Source of the DNA: Promethearchaeia archaeon
GTDB taxonomy: Archaea; Asgardarchaeota; Lokiarchaeia; Sigyniarchaeales; SOKP01
NCBI GenBank assembly: GCA_029856125.1
Contig: JAHQWJ010000007.1
Span: forward strand, 1 to 64,000
Direction: 5' to 3'
DNA: 64,000 bases
This document shows, in pieces, positions 20,655 to 31,023 of this stretch. Both the position numbers and the translations under genes were made by a program. The notes below the pieces were generated by a model, which had not been told where the DNA came from, did not search any database, and saw nothing but the letters and a program-made list of their open reading frames with translations. Position 1 is the stretch's first letter, and every line of letters begins with the position of its first letter.

Positions 20655-21100
20655 GTGAGAAGATGAAGGAACAACGCGAAGGAGGGTTTCTCATAGCAAA
20701 AATACACCAAATCACTGATAGAATATTCAAACAGATGTTGAAGGAATATGGAATTAAAGCGTTAAACCCTGGACAAGGAAGGATATTATTTGCACTTTGG
20801 CAGAATGATGAGATTCCAATTCATGAGTTATCAAAAAAAACTCAACTAACCAAGTCTTCGTTAACAACTATGCTCGATAGACTCGAAAACGGAGGTTTTC
20901 TAAAGCGAGAGCGTGACAAGAATGATAAACGAATAATTAACATCAAACTTTCTGAAATGAGCAAGAATTTGCAGAATAAATACGTTGAAGTGTCAAAAAA
21001 AATGACAGAGGTGTTCTACGGACCGCTTACCGAGGAAGAAATCGATCAATTCGAAGATTATTTAAGACACATATTAGACAACCTTGTAAATTCTATCTAA
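20651..21100 (+). CDS. MarR family regulator
   Basis: QGRILFALW...SLTTMLDRLENGGFLKR...DKR; ATGA overlap with upstream gene. Confidence 0.92.
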   Translation: MSEKMKEQREGGFLIAKIHQITDRIFKQMLKEYGIKALNPGQGRILFALWQNDEIPIHELSKKTQLTKSSLTTMLDRLENGGFLKRERDKNDKRIINIKLSEMSKNLQNKYVEVSKKMTEVFYGPLTEEEIDQFEDYLRHILDNLVNSI

Positions 21101-21288
21101 TCTTTTTTTTTAAGTTATAAATTATTAAAAAACTAGCTTTAATCTTATCATAATCACCTTAGAGTATGATTCCCAATTATGGAAACTGTAATTTTCAAAA
21201 GTTTTTCTGAAGTGATAATATTTAATAATGGAAGTTATCTTATTGTTGAATATACTGAGGAAATAATGTTCTTTGAAAATTCAATGAA

Positions 21289-22293
21289 ATGACGAAAGAA
21301 AACGAAAAAAGAACACTTATGGAAACTATTTCTATAAAACACATTGTAAATCTTTCTATTGTAGATATGGTAATGCTCCAATTATTATTAAAACACGAAA
21401 AACCCATCGTAAGACATATTTTATATAACGAAATATCTCAATTTTTAACCAGGGAAAAAAAAAAAGTAGTTCAATCAATTAAGTTTGACAAAGATGCCCC
21501 TGGAGCTAGAGAATTTAAAGATCTTCTCGAATCTGACAAGAAATTATCTAGCTCAAGTTTTTATAATAGTTTGAAAAATCTAGAAAATAAAGGACTCGTT
21601 AAGTCCAATAAAGACGAAAAGGATAAGATTGTCTCTGTTGAAGCAACACAATATACGGAAATTCTAATTAATACAATATCTAAGCATGTTATAAGGTTTG
21701 GATTAATTGAAGCTGAACAAAACAAAAATTTTCCAGATATCCTAAAAGATGTAATAGAGAAAAACTTATTAAATCAGAATGAGGTTAAAAAGTTTGATAC
21801 CTTGCTTTACATTTCGTTCATTGATTTCATTAATATAAAATGTATGAAAATTCTTTCTAAAATCTCCGAAAACTTATTTCTTTTATCAAATAAAGAAGTG
21901 TTAGAAGGCATTTCTAAAATGGGTTTGGAAAACATTCAAAAATCTTCCATTTTCAATAAAACAATCAGAGAATCGGATAATTTCTTCGATGCTGTTATAA
22001 TACCATATCAGATTGAAAATTCAGATATATTTAATATAACTAAAGGAACTATTCTTAAAGAGGCGTTTAGAATCGCAAAAGAGAAGGGAGTTGTTATAAT
22101 TCACGGATATACAGAGTTACCTGCCGTTGATCACGGTTTACTTAATATTTTCATTAATTGGGTAAAAAATTTTTACTCGGATTTAAAGACTTGTTCCGAA
22201 GAAGAATTTAATGAAGAACTCCTTAAAGCGGGTGCTAGAGACGTAGAAGTATTTGTATATAGAGGGCATTTATTCGGAATCGGTAGGAAATAA
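21289..22293 (+). CDS. Winged-HTH regulator fused to degenerate class I methyltransferase-like domain
   Basis: SSSSFYNSLKNLENKGLV wHTH; DNFFDAVII...ILKEAFRIAKEKGVVII methyltransferase motifs II/III without the Gly-rich motif I. Confidence 0.6.
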   Translation: MTKENEKRTLMETISIKHIVNLSIVDMVMLQLLLKHEKPIVRHILYNEISQFLTREKKKVVQSIKFDKDAPGAREFKDLLESDKKLSSSSFYNSLKNLENKGLVKSNKDEKDKIVSVEATQYTEILINTISKHVIRFGLIEAEQNKNFPDILKDVIEKNLLNQNEVKKFDTLLYISFIDFINIKCMKILSKISENLFLLSNKEVLEGISKMGLENIQKSSIFNKTIRESDNFFDAVIIPYQIENSDIFNITKGTILKEAFRIAKEKGVVIIHGYTELPAVDHGLLNIFINWVKNFYSDLKTCSEEEFNEELLKAGARDVEVFVYRGHLFGIGRK

Positions 22294-22432
22294 GTTCGCT
22301 TATCTAATCTTTAAGAAATTTTACAATAAATATTGCTGTGAATATTAATTCTGTAAGATTTATAAAGTCCAAAATACGAGTTACCATTACCATTTTAGCC
22401 CTATTTTACTTAAGTTTATATTATACCTGAAT

Positions 22433-22467
22433 TTCCAAATTTGGAATTAATAATTCAAATTTTGCAA
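22433..22467. promoter_or_regulatory. Palindromic operator pair TTCCAAATTTGGAA / TTCAAATTTTGCAA
   Basis: Perfect 14-bp palindrome at 22433-22446; degenerate copy 21 bp downstream; related TCCCAATTATGGAA at 21171-21184. Confidence 0.55.
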
Positions 22468-22579
22468 TTAATATATTCCAGAAAAAATATAAACGTATAT
22501 ATATTTGGAATATATAATAGATTTATAAAATATAAATATTTTAACAAAAACTAAACTAAAATATAATTGGTAGAATAAA

Positions 22580-23437
22580 ATGACTGAAGAAACAAAAATT
22601 AAGTCAAGAAAGGGTGGATCGATGGGAGTAGTCTCTATCATTTTGGGTGCAGCAGGAGTATTTCTTTCCTATTTATTTATCTTTCTCCATTTAGATAATA
22701 TTGTATCTGCCGAAACCGCCGCCGCCACAGAGTGTAGACTTGTATCTCCCTTTTTCATACCGCTTTTTGCGGTTTTCGGTATTCTGGCAGGAATGATATG
22801 GTTAGTAGCGGGTGTGGGCTTTTTCGGGAAAAAGGAGTGGGCTTATAGCGTCGCTGTAATCGCCGTAGTTATAACCCTTTTTGCCAGCTTTTGGCCAAAT
22901 ATTCCTGCTATGGAAAGTAAAGCAGCGGTACCAGGTCCTTGGTTTCTGATTTTTTTCCCTAATTTATTAGTATATTTCATTCTAGTAATGAGAATAGGGC
23001 ATGAAAGGGGGAAGAAAGCATGGTTTGGTTTGGCCCTTGGCATGGCATTCATTCTGAATTTCATAAACGGAATTGCGGCAACTACCAGAATGTCAAATAG
23101 ATTACCAGAAATTAATCCCTTGATTGATAATTATGCTCCGGCTAGTATTTATATGCTCACTCTGCCAACGAACATGATTGCTTCCATCCTTTTTGGAATT
23201 GCAACAATAGGGATTTTCCTTGCAAGAGATAAAGAAAAAGTGCGAATTGCTGGATTGGCTGGTGCAGTCTTGGCAATTTCGGTCGGTTTTCCATTAGCCT
23301 TCTATTCCATGTTTATTGAAGGTGCGGGCTTCAGTTTCTCCATGTTCATCCTGGGTCCAGTTGTTAGCCTTTTGGTAGGGATCCTCATCCTGTCTTCCAA
23401 AATGTGGGGAAAAATAGTCGTATCTCGAAAGGGATAA
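22580..23437 (+). CDS. 8-TM membrane protein, uncharacterised
   Basis: Eight hydrophobic segments, apparently two internal repeats. Confidence 0.7.
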   Translation: MTEETKIKSRKGGSMGVVSIILGAAGVFLSYLFIFLHLDNIVSAETAAATECRLVSPFFIPLFAVFGILAGMIWLVAGVGFFGKKEWAYSVAVIAVVITLFASFWPNIPAMESKAAVPGPWFLIFFPNLLVYFILVMRIGHERGKKAWFGLALGMAFILNFINGIAATTRMSNRLPEINPLIDNYAPASIYMLTLPTNMIASILFGIATIGIFLARDKEKVRIAGLAGAVLAISVGFPLAFYSMFIEGAGFSFSMFILGPVVSLLVGILILSSKMWGKIVVSRKG

Positions 23438-23516
23438 GCTCTACAAAAAATATTTATCTCTTTTTTTTTTCTTTTTAGATATTAATGAATAAAAATAGCT
23501 TTGGATGTGAAAAAAA

Positions 23517-23714
23517 TTGGAACGGAAAAAAATGTATGGTATAATTCTATTTGTAGTAGGATTAGTATTTATTATTGTAAATGTACTTGTAGTTTATCCA
23601 TTTATTAGTTGCTCTTATGCTCCTCTTACATTTTGGCTTCTCGCAATTGTAGGTGTTTCAGGTGGAATATTATTATTTTTTGATATAAAATTATTCCATT
23701 TCGAAGAGGATTAA
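23517..23714 (+). CDS. Small 2-TM protein
   Basis: TTG start after GGATGTGA, two TMs, downstream T-tract. Confidence 0.5.
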   Translation: MERKKMYGIILFVVGLVFIIVNVLVVYPFISCSYAPLTFWLLAIVGVSGGILLFFDIKLFHFEED

Positions 23715-23785
23715 GAAAAAGCATTTTAACAAAATTGAGTCTTTTTTTTTTTTTTCTTTTTCGAAAATATTTGAATTACATTACT

Positions 23786-24317
23786 TTACTTTAATTTTTG
23801 CTGGATAATCTTCCATACTTCCTCTACTTCTAATTGCTTATAGGGCTTTTTCTGGAATTGAGACTTACACAGCTCGTATATTTTGCTATTATAAGGAGTA
23901 GATATTCCTAAGGATTGAGCAAGGTTGACGATATATCCACTTAAATATTCAAGTTCAGATTGGGTTTTTTGTCTAATAATAATGTCTTGTTACATACTGT
24001 TTGGACTAGAAGCATTTAACCGATTTAAAATCATTGTACCCGATGTTTCTTCCGAACCTTGAGCATTTTTCAATACGTTCCAGGGTACCAAACCGGGGAT
24101 TCTATGCTCTTTAAAATTAGCTGCTTCTAATATAATAATCCCCTCAACTAGCGTTTCATTGTATATTTTGCCTAATTTTGAAATTGATGCTTTATCTAGA
24201 TTGTCGTGCTTAATTAGAGTCAGTAATGGGTTGGATAAATTGAAAATCAATTTAGTGTGTATGGCATCTTGAATATTTTGGGATATTCTAAATTTAAATT
24301 TTAAAGTAGTAAATTTT
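23786..24317 (-). pseudogene. Ketopantoate reductase (PanE/ApbA) C-terminal remnant
   Basis: NIQDAIHTKLIFNLSNPLLTL...NSM*QD...SELEYLSGYIVNLAQSLGISTPYNSKIY; in-frame TAA at 23990-23992; no N-terminal Rossmann domain. Confidence 0.75.
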
Positions 24318-24446
24318 TAACTCATGTATCTTTAAGTGAATACAAGGAAGTTTAATACTTGCCTTTGGTTTTGGTATAAGAATTGTGTAATAGGCTTTTT
24401 AAAAATCAGCTGTTTTAATTTAATACTTTAGTGGAGAATTTAAGTT

Positions 24447-24998
24447 ATGGAAAAGCTTAATTTAGCCTTCAAAATGTGTATATTTGGAGATTCAGGTGTT
24501 GGTAAGTCATCGTTAATTAATCGATATATTACAGCTAAATTTGATCATGACCTCAAGTCTACTTTAGGAGCAGCAATTTTGATGAAATTCATAGAAACGG
24601 AAACTATGAGAATTGCACTCCAAATTTGGGATTTTGCCGGAGAAGATAAATTTAGTTCTCTTTTACCTAGTTATGCTAAAGGATCGTCTGCAGCAATTTT
24701 TATGTGCGATATTTCTAAGCGTGATAGCATTACGAATATAGATAAATGGCTACTAAAATTTAACGAGGGATCGAATATCAGGAACCCAAAATTTCCTGTA
24801 ATAGTTGTTGGCGGAAAGTTAGACTTAGAAGAGCACAGATCTTTGAATAAAGAGGATATAGAAACTTCTCTTACCGTAATGGAAGAATTCGATTACCTCG
24901 AATGCTCTGCAAAAACCGGAGAAAATGTGGATTTATTATTTCAAACTATAGTCGATAAGATGTTGATTTCTGGAAATATTCCGTCACCTACGAGATAG
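24447..24998 (+). CDS. Rab-like small GTPase
   Basis: GDSGVGKS, STLG, WDFAGE, GGKLD, ECSAKTG. Confidence 0.92.
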   Translation: MEKLNLAFKMCIFGDSGVGKSSLINRYITAKFDHDLKSTLGAAILMKFIETETMRIALQIWDFAGEDKFSSLLPSYAKGSSAAIFMCDISKRDSITNIDKWLLKFNEGSNIRNPKFPVIVVGGKLDLEEHRSLNKEDIETSLTVMEEFDYLECSAKTGENVDLLFQTIVDKMLISGNIPSPTR

Positions 24999-25067
24999 AA
25001 TATAATCTCAATTTTCATTTTAGACTTAAATTAACTTTTTTAGTAGTGAATCTTTTAATTTTATAAG

Positions 25068-25796
25068 ATGGAAGGGGTAAACATTTGGGAAAATGCCGAA
25101 TGGACCGTACAAACGCGCAATATTATTAAGGCTCTCAAGGAATTCCCAGAGAACTCTAAAATAATTTTACTTCTGCGACATTCGCACAGAAATAATCCTA
25201 CAGCGTCTGAAAAGATGTATGAGTTAAAATTAACCCCTCAAGGTCATCAAATCGCTACGATTTTTGGTCAAAAGTTACCTATATCAAGATCAATTAGATT
25301 GTTTCATAGTGTCGTCGAACGCTGTCAAGAAACAGCAGAAGACATTTTGACGGGATTTGAAAGTGTTGGGGGGGCGGGAACCTTAAATGGAACACTTACT
25401 CCTTTATTCCATGCGGGAACCGCTCCAAAATTCTTTTTAAATGTCTTCAAAAATGAAAACCCTCTTGAATTTATGTATCGTTGGGCAGTTGGTTTCTATT
25501 CTCCTGATAAAATAACCCCATTTCAATCGTACTGTCAAAATGCGGCTAGTGTTATCTGGAATGGAATCAAAGATGCCCAAGAAGGTGGTGTAGATATCCA
25601 TGTCACGCACGATATCTTTCTAATCGCGTTAAAATACGGGTGGTTTGGGTTACCTCCTGACCAAGATTGGGTTCCTTTCTTGGGTGGTGTTGTTTTTGTT
25701 TTAACCGAAAAGGAAATAACCCTATTTGATAGAGATCGATTTCACTCTATCCCTAATCCTTATTGGTGGAAAAATAAAAATTCGCCAGGAGTATAA
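25068..25796 (+). CDS. Histidine phosphatase superfamily protein
   Basis: LLRHS, LTPQG, RCQETA, VTHD. Confidence 0.85.
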   Translation: MEGVNIWENAEWTVQTRNIIKALKEFPENSKIILLLRHSHRNNPTASEKMYELKLTPQGHQIATIFGQKLPISRSIRLFHSVVERCQETAEDILTGFESVGGAGTLNGTLTPLFHAGTAPKFFLNVFKNENPLEFMYRWAVGFYSPDKITPFQSYCQNAASVIWNGIKDAQEGGVDIHVTHDIFLIALKYGWFGLPPDQDWVPFLGGVVFVLTEKEITLFDRDRFHSIPNPYWWKNKNSPGV

Positions 25797-25830
25797 AGGC
25801 ATATTCTTCAGTGGGAAGGAAAAAAAGGGT

Positions 25831-26244
25831 TTAGAACTCAAATCTGCACTTAGTACATACTTTCTTTTTCATATAAATTTTTCTTGGGACGTAAGTAATA
25901 ATACGCGTTTTATCGTCTACTTCTTTAATGGAAAAACCCGCTGCTCCACAATTTGGACATTTTCTTTTATTTTGTCTAATATTAGTATCAGGAGGAGTAA
26001 TGGTAGCGATAATTTCTTTTGGTACTTTAATTGTCTCGACTTGGGGGCTGTTATATTGAGCTGGTTTTGATTGTTGCTGCAATTTTTGGATTTGAGCTTT
26101 TAGTTGGAAATTTTCATCTTTCAATAAACTTATTTGAATATCACTTTTTTCCAGAAGTGTGAATAATTCTGAAATCTGTGTTTCCAATTGGTTAAGTTCC
26201 TCCTCGTGTTCTGGCGGTAAGTCATCTAGATTATTATACATCAT
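25831..26244 (-). CDS. Coiled-coil protein with C-terminal zinc ribbon
   Basis: Heptad-rich N-terminus; CPNCG...CTKCRFEF. Confidence 0.7.
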   Translation of the reverse strand: MMYNNLDDLPPEHEEELNQLETQISELFTLLEKSDIQISLLKDENFQLKAQIQKLQQQSKPAQYNSPQVETIKVPKEIIATITPPDTNIRQNKRKCPNCGAAGFSIKEVDDKTRIITYVPRKIYMKKKVCTKCRFEF

Positions 26245-26377
26245 TTATTCGTATACCTCGCGTTTTTTACAGAATAGTATTTCTATAGCTAATTAAAACT
26301 TACGCTAGATTAGAATTTATAGTTTATTCGTCGGTGAAAAAAAATTGTTTATAAACGAGAAATCAAACTATAGAATT

Positions 26378-27325
26378 ATGAAGAAAAAATACTATTTCCT
26401 CCTATATTTACTTCTTATCATCGTTGCGGTGTTAGTAATTTACCTCTCTACATGGACGCGAGTAGTCAAAAATCTAATTGTAATAAATATTATCCTTTAT
26501 ATAATACGCAAACCTCTCAGCAGCATTACAGTGTTTATCTTTAAAAAACGATCTTACAGAATGATTGTTTCTATTAGTGTAAATATAATTTGGAGCATAT
26601 TTCTATTTTGGTTTCTAATAGAGTTTGATCCTACGCTGTTTTTTGCCATAGTACCGTTTTTAGTAGTAGCAGTTTCATTAAATTTTAAAAATATTATTAA
26701 TAATATGGTTTCAGGAGCGTTATTATTATCATCGAATCAATTTGAAATTGGAGATCTAATCGAAACAAACGAAATTCAAGGAATTGTAAAAGAAATCAAT
26801 TTAAATTATACTAAAATAAGAGAGTTTGATGGAGTAGATATAGTTATACCAAACAGTAATGTTTATGGTTTTACCACAATTAAATTTACTCACGATAAAT
26901 TTAAAATATTTGAACCGCTAACAAGGGAAGAATTTCGCAAAAAACATCAGTATAAAGAGTACATTAAGTTTATTAATAAGATTCTATCCGCTAAAATAAA
27001 AACAACTACTTATGTTAAGAAGCTAGAACTCTTAGGGAGTTTGGATCCTAATTTTCTTGATGAGATGTTAATGAACGTCTTTAAAGTCTATGAACCAATA
27101 TTCGGGATTATGCCCGATTATGCAATTGACACTACAAGATTTGGACGTGTTCGTATTCGTCTGTATGTGAAATCAAGTAACCCCACGATCATTTTGAATT
27201 ATTTAGATTCCTTTTTGAGAGATATTCTCTTTACCTTATACCCTGATAGAATCTATAGAGACTGGGAAGAATACCAAAAACACCTCCCAGAAACAAAATT
27301 AGAGAGCGAGGGTGATGAAAAATAG
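26378..27325 (+). CDS. mscS: MscS-family mechanosensitive channel
   Basis: NNMVSGALL...FEIGDLIE...GIVKEINLNYTKIREFDG...IPNS. Confidence 0.8.
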   Translation: MKKKYYFLLYLLLIIVAVLVIYLSTWTRVVKNLIVINIILYIIRKPLSSITVFIFKKRSYRMIVSISVNIIWSIFLFWFLIEFDPTLFFAIVPFLVVAVSLNFKNIINNMVSGALLLSSNQFEIGDLIETNEIQGIVKEINLNYTKIREFDGVDIVIPNSNVYGFTTIKFTHDKFKIFEPLTREEFRKKHQYKEYIKFINKILSAKIKTTTYVKKLELLGSLDPNFLDEMLMNVFKVYEPIFGIMPDYAIDTTRFGRVRIRLYVKSSNPTIILNYLDSFLRDILFTLYPDRIYRDWEEYQKHLPETKLESEGDEK

Positions 27326-27363
27326 AACTTCTTTTTGAAAATGACATTCTCGCACTCATTGTT

Positions 27364-28230
27364 GTGGTGTCGATTGCTTTATTGTTATATATTTTTAATA
27401 GGCTTCTCTCAATTCTATTTAATCGCATAGCAAGAATTCCGATAGCAAGGAAGAATAAAATTATATTTGCTTTCAGAATAATATCAATTTTGATTTTATT
27501 ATATCTCATAATCAATGGATTTCCATCTTTCACTTCCCTTCCCCAAGAATATACCGCAATAATAACGGGAGCAGTAAGCACAGCGTTGGCATTTGTATCT
27601 AGTGGAGTTTTCTCTAATTTTATAGCTGGGGTTCTAATATGGATAGTAGATCCTTTCGATATTGGCGATGTAGTTAAAATAGGTGGACATAAAGGCATAA
27701 TAAAATCAATAACACTTACAAAAGTAGTTATTGAAACTATGGATCGCATCATTGTCGAAATCTCTAATTCTGATGTTGCGTCTTCAATAGTATTAAACTA
27801 TACAATAAAGCTATCATCGAGGAAGAAGTACATTCATTTTAAACGACAAACTCGGACGCCCCAAGACATAGGAAATGCAAGGTTAGATATTGATGAGTAC
27901 AACGAAGAGATTAGAAAACAAGAAGAAGCGGACATTAAAAACTTCTTTACATCCTTCTCTGAGAACGATCAAGATATAGTATATACCTATAACTTTAAAA
28001 TGCGAGTACCCTATGCACACTTCCGCATTTTAATTGATAAATTTAACGAACTTTGTGCGAAATATGCAGATATTTTTGGTATTAGGCCAAGATTTCACGT
28101 TCAAGAATACAGCAATGAAATTTTTGTAAAATTTCGAATCTTAACTTTGGATTCTAACAAAATACTAAAATATCAACCAGAATTTGCTAACGATCTCTAT
28201 AAAGTTATTTTAAGCAAAATAGAGTTTTAG
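27364..28230 (+). CDS. mscS: MscS-family mechanosensitive channel (second paralog; true start probably near 27315-27322)
   Basis: SNFIAGVLIWIVDPFDIGDVVKIGGHKGIIKSI; frame open upstream to 27319. Confidence 0.8.
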   Translation: MVSIALLLYIFNRLLSILFNRIARIPIARKNKIIFAFRIISILILLYLIINGFPSFTSLPQEYTAIITGAVSTALAFVSSGVFSNFIAGVLIWIVDPFDIGDVVKIGGHKGIIKSITLTKVVIETMDRIIVEISNSDVASSIVLNYTIKLSSRKKYIHFKRQTRTPQDIGNARLDIDEYNEEIRKQEEADIKNFFTSFSENDQDIVYTYNFKMRVPYAHFRILIDKFNELCAKYADIFGIRPRFHVQEYSNEIFVKFRILTLDSNKILKYQPEFANDLYKVILSKIEF

Positions 28231-28341
28231 CAAAGGTAAAACTTCTATATTCCTAGCTTTTTTTTATTTTTTATTTCTTAGGAAAACGTTCATAAAGAAA
28301 TATGTATTGTATATAGCGTTAACACAACTCACAATAACTAG

Positions 28342-29727
28342 ATGAAGAGTAGAATAAAAATGGAAATAAATAACTCAACTAAAATACTCCCTTTAATTGA
28401 TAAATATCCATTAGTTTATGATGAATTATATAAACTTTCTTCTAAAGCTAAGAGATTCAAAAATCCGATCGTAAGAAAAACGATAGGAAAAAAAGCAACT
28501 CTAGAAATGGTTGCTGTAATATTAGACGCTCCTTTAGAAAGAATTATATCAACTGTTAAAAGCGCTATCGAAGCTAGTGTCGATATACCTCCGGAAAAAG
28601 ATCGAAAAGAAATGTTGAAAAATTTATTACTTGACATGCATAAGGGTGTCGATATTGATATATTAAAAGCTCAATTTAAAGAAGCCGTCGGCGACATAAC
28701 ATCTTATGAAATCGGTCAATTGGAGCAGCAACTCATAAACGAAGGACACTTAGATCCGAAAGAGATCACAAAATTAAGTGACTTACACGTTGAATTATTT
28801 AGGGATTCTTTAAGTATGAAAGAAGAGTATGAAACCATCCCTGGACATCCAATCTATACGTATTTACAAGAAAACTTAGAAATTGCGAATATAATACGAC
28901 AAATCAGATCAGCCCCGGATTCAGATAAAGTTGAACTATTTCGTAAATTAGGCGAGATTACTATACATTATGCTCGAAAAGAAAATCAATTATTTCCAAT
29001 CCTTGAGAAACATGAAATTTCTGGACCACCTCAAGTCATGTGGGCCGTTCACGATGAGATACGCCCTTTGCTAAAAACAACGCAAATTGAAGAAGTAGAA
29101 TTAGCTTTACAAAAAATAGAGGATATGATTTACAAAGAGGATCACATTCTCTTCCCAATGACATTGGAATTTTTCAGTGAGTCAGATTGGGTAAATGTTC
29201 GTGAAGGCGAAGAGGAAATAGGTTTTGTATTTGGAGTTACACCTGGCGACCAGTGGAAACCCGTAACTACTGCCGATCTTCATAAACCTCTCCCTACAAT
29301 AACTGCAAAAGCAGAAGGGGCTCTCAACCTTGACATCGGAAATTTAACTATAGAACAAATCAATGTCATGTTGAAAACTCTACCCTTAGACTTAAGTTTT
29401 GTAAACGAGAACGATGAAGTAGCATATTATTCCGATACAGAAGATCGAATTTTTCCAAGGAGTCGAGGAGTCATTGGTCGAACCGTTCAAAAATGCCATC
29501 CTCCCAAAAGTGTGGATATAGTAGAGGATATTTTGGAGAAATTTAAATCAGGAGAAAAAAAGGTAGCAGAATTTTGGATTCAAGCAGGAGACGCTTTCAT
29601 AATGATTAGATATTTTGCTATGCATGATGAAGCAGGAAAATATGTTGGAACGTTAGAAGTCTCTCAAGAACTTTCCCGGTTAAGATCTCTTGAAGGTGAA
29701 CAGCGCCTTGTTCAATGGGGAGACTAG
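28342..29727 (+). CDS. DUF1858-DUF438-hemerythrin-PAS protein
   Basis: PGHPIYTYLQEN, HYARKENQLFP, MWAVHDEIR, MIYKEDHILFP, RIFPRS...GRTVQKCHPPKS. Confidence 0.9.
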   Translation: MKSRIKMEINNSTKILPLIDKYPLVYDELYKLSSKAKRFKNPIVRKTIGKKATLEMVAVILDAPLERIISTVKSAIEASVDIPPEKDRKEMLKNLLLDMHKGVDIDILKAQFKEAVGDITSYEIGQLEQQLINEGHLDPKEITKLSDLHVELFRDSLSMKEEYETIPGHPIYTYLQENLEIANIIRQIRSAPDSDKVELFRKLGEITIHYARKENQLFPILEKHEISGPPQVMWAVHDEIRPLLKTTQIEEVELALQKIEDMIYKEDHILFPMTLEFFSESDWVNVREGEEEIGFVFGVTPGDQWKPVTTADLHKPLPTITAKAEGALNLDIGNLTIEQINVMLKTLPLDLSFVNENDEVAYYSDTEDRIFPRSRGVIGRTVQKCHPPKSVDIVEDILEKFKSGEKKVAEFWIQAGDAFIMIRYFAMHDEAGKYVGTLEVSQELSRLRSLEGEQRLVQWGD

Positions 29728-29764
29728 TTTGAATTTGAACTAGATTATCGCGCTTGTTCAATCC

Positions 29765-30796
29765 TTAATAATTAGTAGTGTCTCTTCCACAATAAGGACA
29801 AATTTTAGCGCCATATTCAACTAACTTCTCACAAAATCGACATTTTATTTTTAACCCCTTACGCGATAAGATATTCGCTCCCACTGATAAGTCTTCTATA
29901 AATTCCTTAACAGTTTCTTGGTTAATAATTAAATAATCTCCATCGATTAAAAAGTTAAATTCTTTAGCCCATTGGAAAACCTTTTGAGTGAATAATTTTT
30001 CTTCCATGTCTAAAGCAACTCTGATCATGTCAAGTCTTAAACGATTAGAAACTTCCATCATCGACTTGATTCGTTCAATTTTTTCCTGCTCTTCCTTTTC
30101 CAGTCGGATTTGCTCAGAAGATTTGTAAATTTTAGCTTGGTTTAAGAGTTCGTAAAGTTTTTCGGTTTTTGACTTGTCTTTAGCATACATCTTTAATTGT
30201 TTTTTGAGTGCCATTAAAGTGTAAGACTTACCCTCTCTTGTTTGAATGTTTACCGCTGGTCCGATATTTGATGTGTCAATTATGATTTTAAGAATGTTCA
30301 ATATTGGTATTTGGTAAATTAATTTTTCTGTAAACGGTTTAAAGGATAAAAAATCTTCGTTTAAAAATATCATACCCCTTAGAGAATCTGCCTCCGTCTT
30401 TCCGTCACTTAAATCGTACTCTCTAAAGCTGCCTATGGTTTCAAACAATATCGGACTTTCTTTTTTGAATGTCGATCTTGTCAACTGTCTAAAAAGATCT
30501 GTAGTAGCTTTCTTGGAGGTTGCACGTGAACTTCCTTCGTTCTTGTGAGGATAAAATGTATATATTATTCCTTGAACGCTTATTAGTTCAATGGTTGGAA
30601 GCTGAAATCTAGTTTTCATCTCGAAATTTTGAATATCGCTAAATCTCAAGTGGAATATTATCTTGTCTTTTTCAGATTTAAACAAAAACTCTTTTTCTGT
30701 TAAAGTAATAGTTCCTCTAGACTTTTTTGAGACAAGTGCCAAATATGAAGTTTGTCCCGTAGTAAAATTGCCAAAGGATTCGAAAAGAATTACCAT
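29765..30796 (-). CDS. Tandem GRAM/PH-like domains + winged-helix/PCI-like domain + zinc ribbon
   Basis: GTITLTEKEFLF..FHLRFSDI and GMIFLNEDFLSF..YQIPILNI repeats; NRLRLDMIRVALDM..FLIDGDYLI; CRFC..CPYCG. Confidence 0.55.
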   Translation of the reverse strand: MVILFESFGNFTTGQTSYLALVSKKSRGTITLTEKEFLFKSEKDKIIFHLRFSDIQNFEMKTRFQLPTIELISVQGIIYTFYPHKNEGSSRATSKKATTDLFRQLTRSTFKKESPILFETIGSFREYDLSDGKTEADSLRGMIFLNEDFLSFKPFTEKLIYQIPILNILKIIIDTSNIGPAVNIQTREGKSYTLMALKKQLKMYAKDKSKTEKLYELLNQAKIYKSSEQIRLEKEEQEKIERIKSMMEVSNRLRLDMIRVALDMEEKLFTQKVFQWAKEFNFLIDGDYLIINQETVKEFIEDLSVGANILSRKGLKIKCRFCEKLVEYGAKICPYCGRDTTNY

Positions 30797-31023
30797 TTCA
30801 CTTTTAATAATAGAAATTTAGTCATATATCTTTTTTTATATTATAATTATAATTTTGATTTATATCTATTTGACGCTTACAATCTTTCTTGTTAAAAAAA
30901 ATAATAAAAAAAAGGGGAAAAATCAAAACTAATAAAAAGTAAAAATCTCCTCCTATTTTTCTGACATTTCCTTGTATATTTCCTACTCTTGTACGCGTTC
31001 TAAATTAACTTCTACATTAATTT

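Noticed and set aside
29724-29743. CTAGTTTGAATTTGAACTAG hairpin
   Set aside because: Short, overlaps a stop codon between convergent genes; at most a terminator-like element
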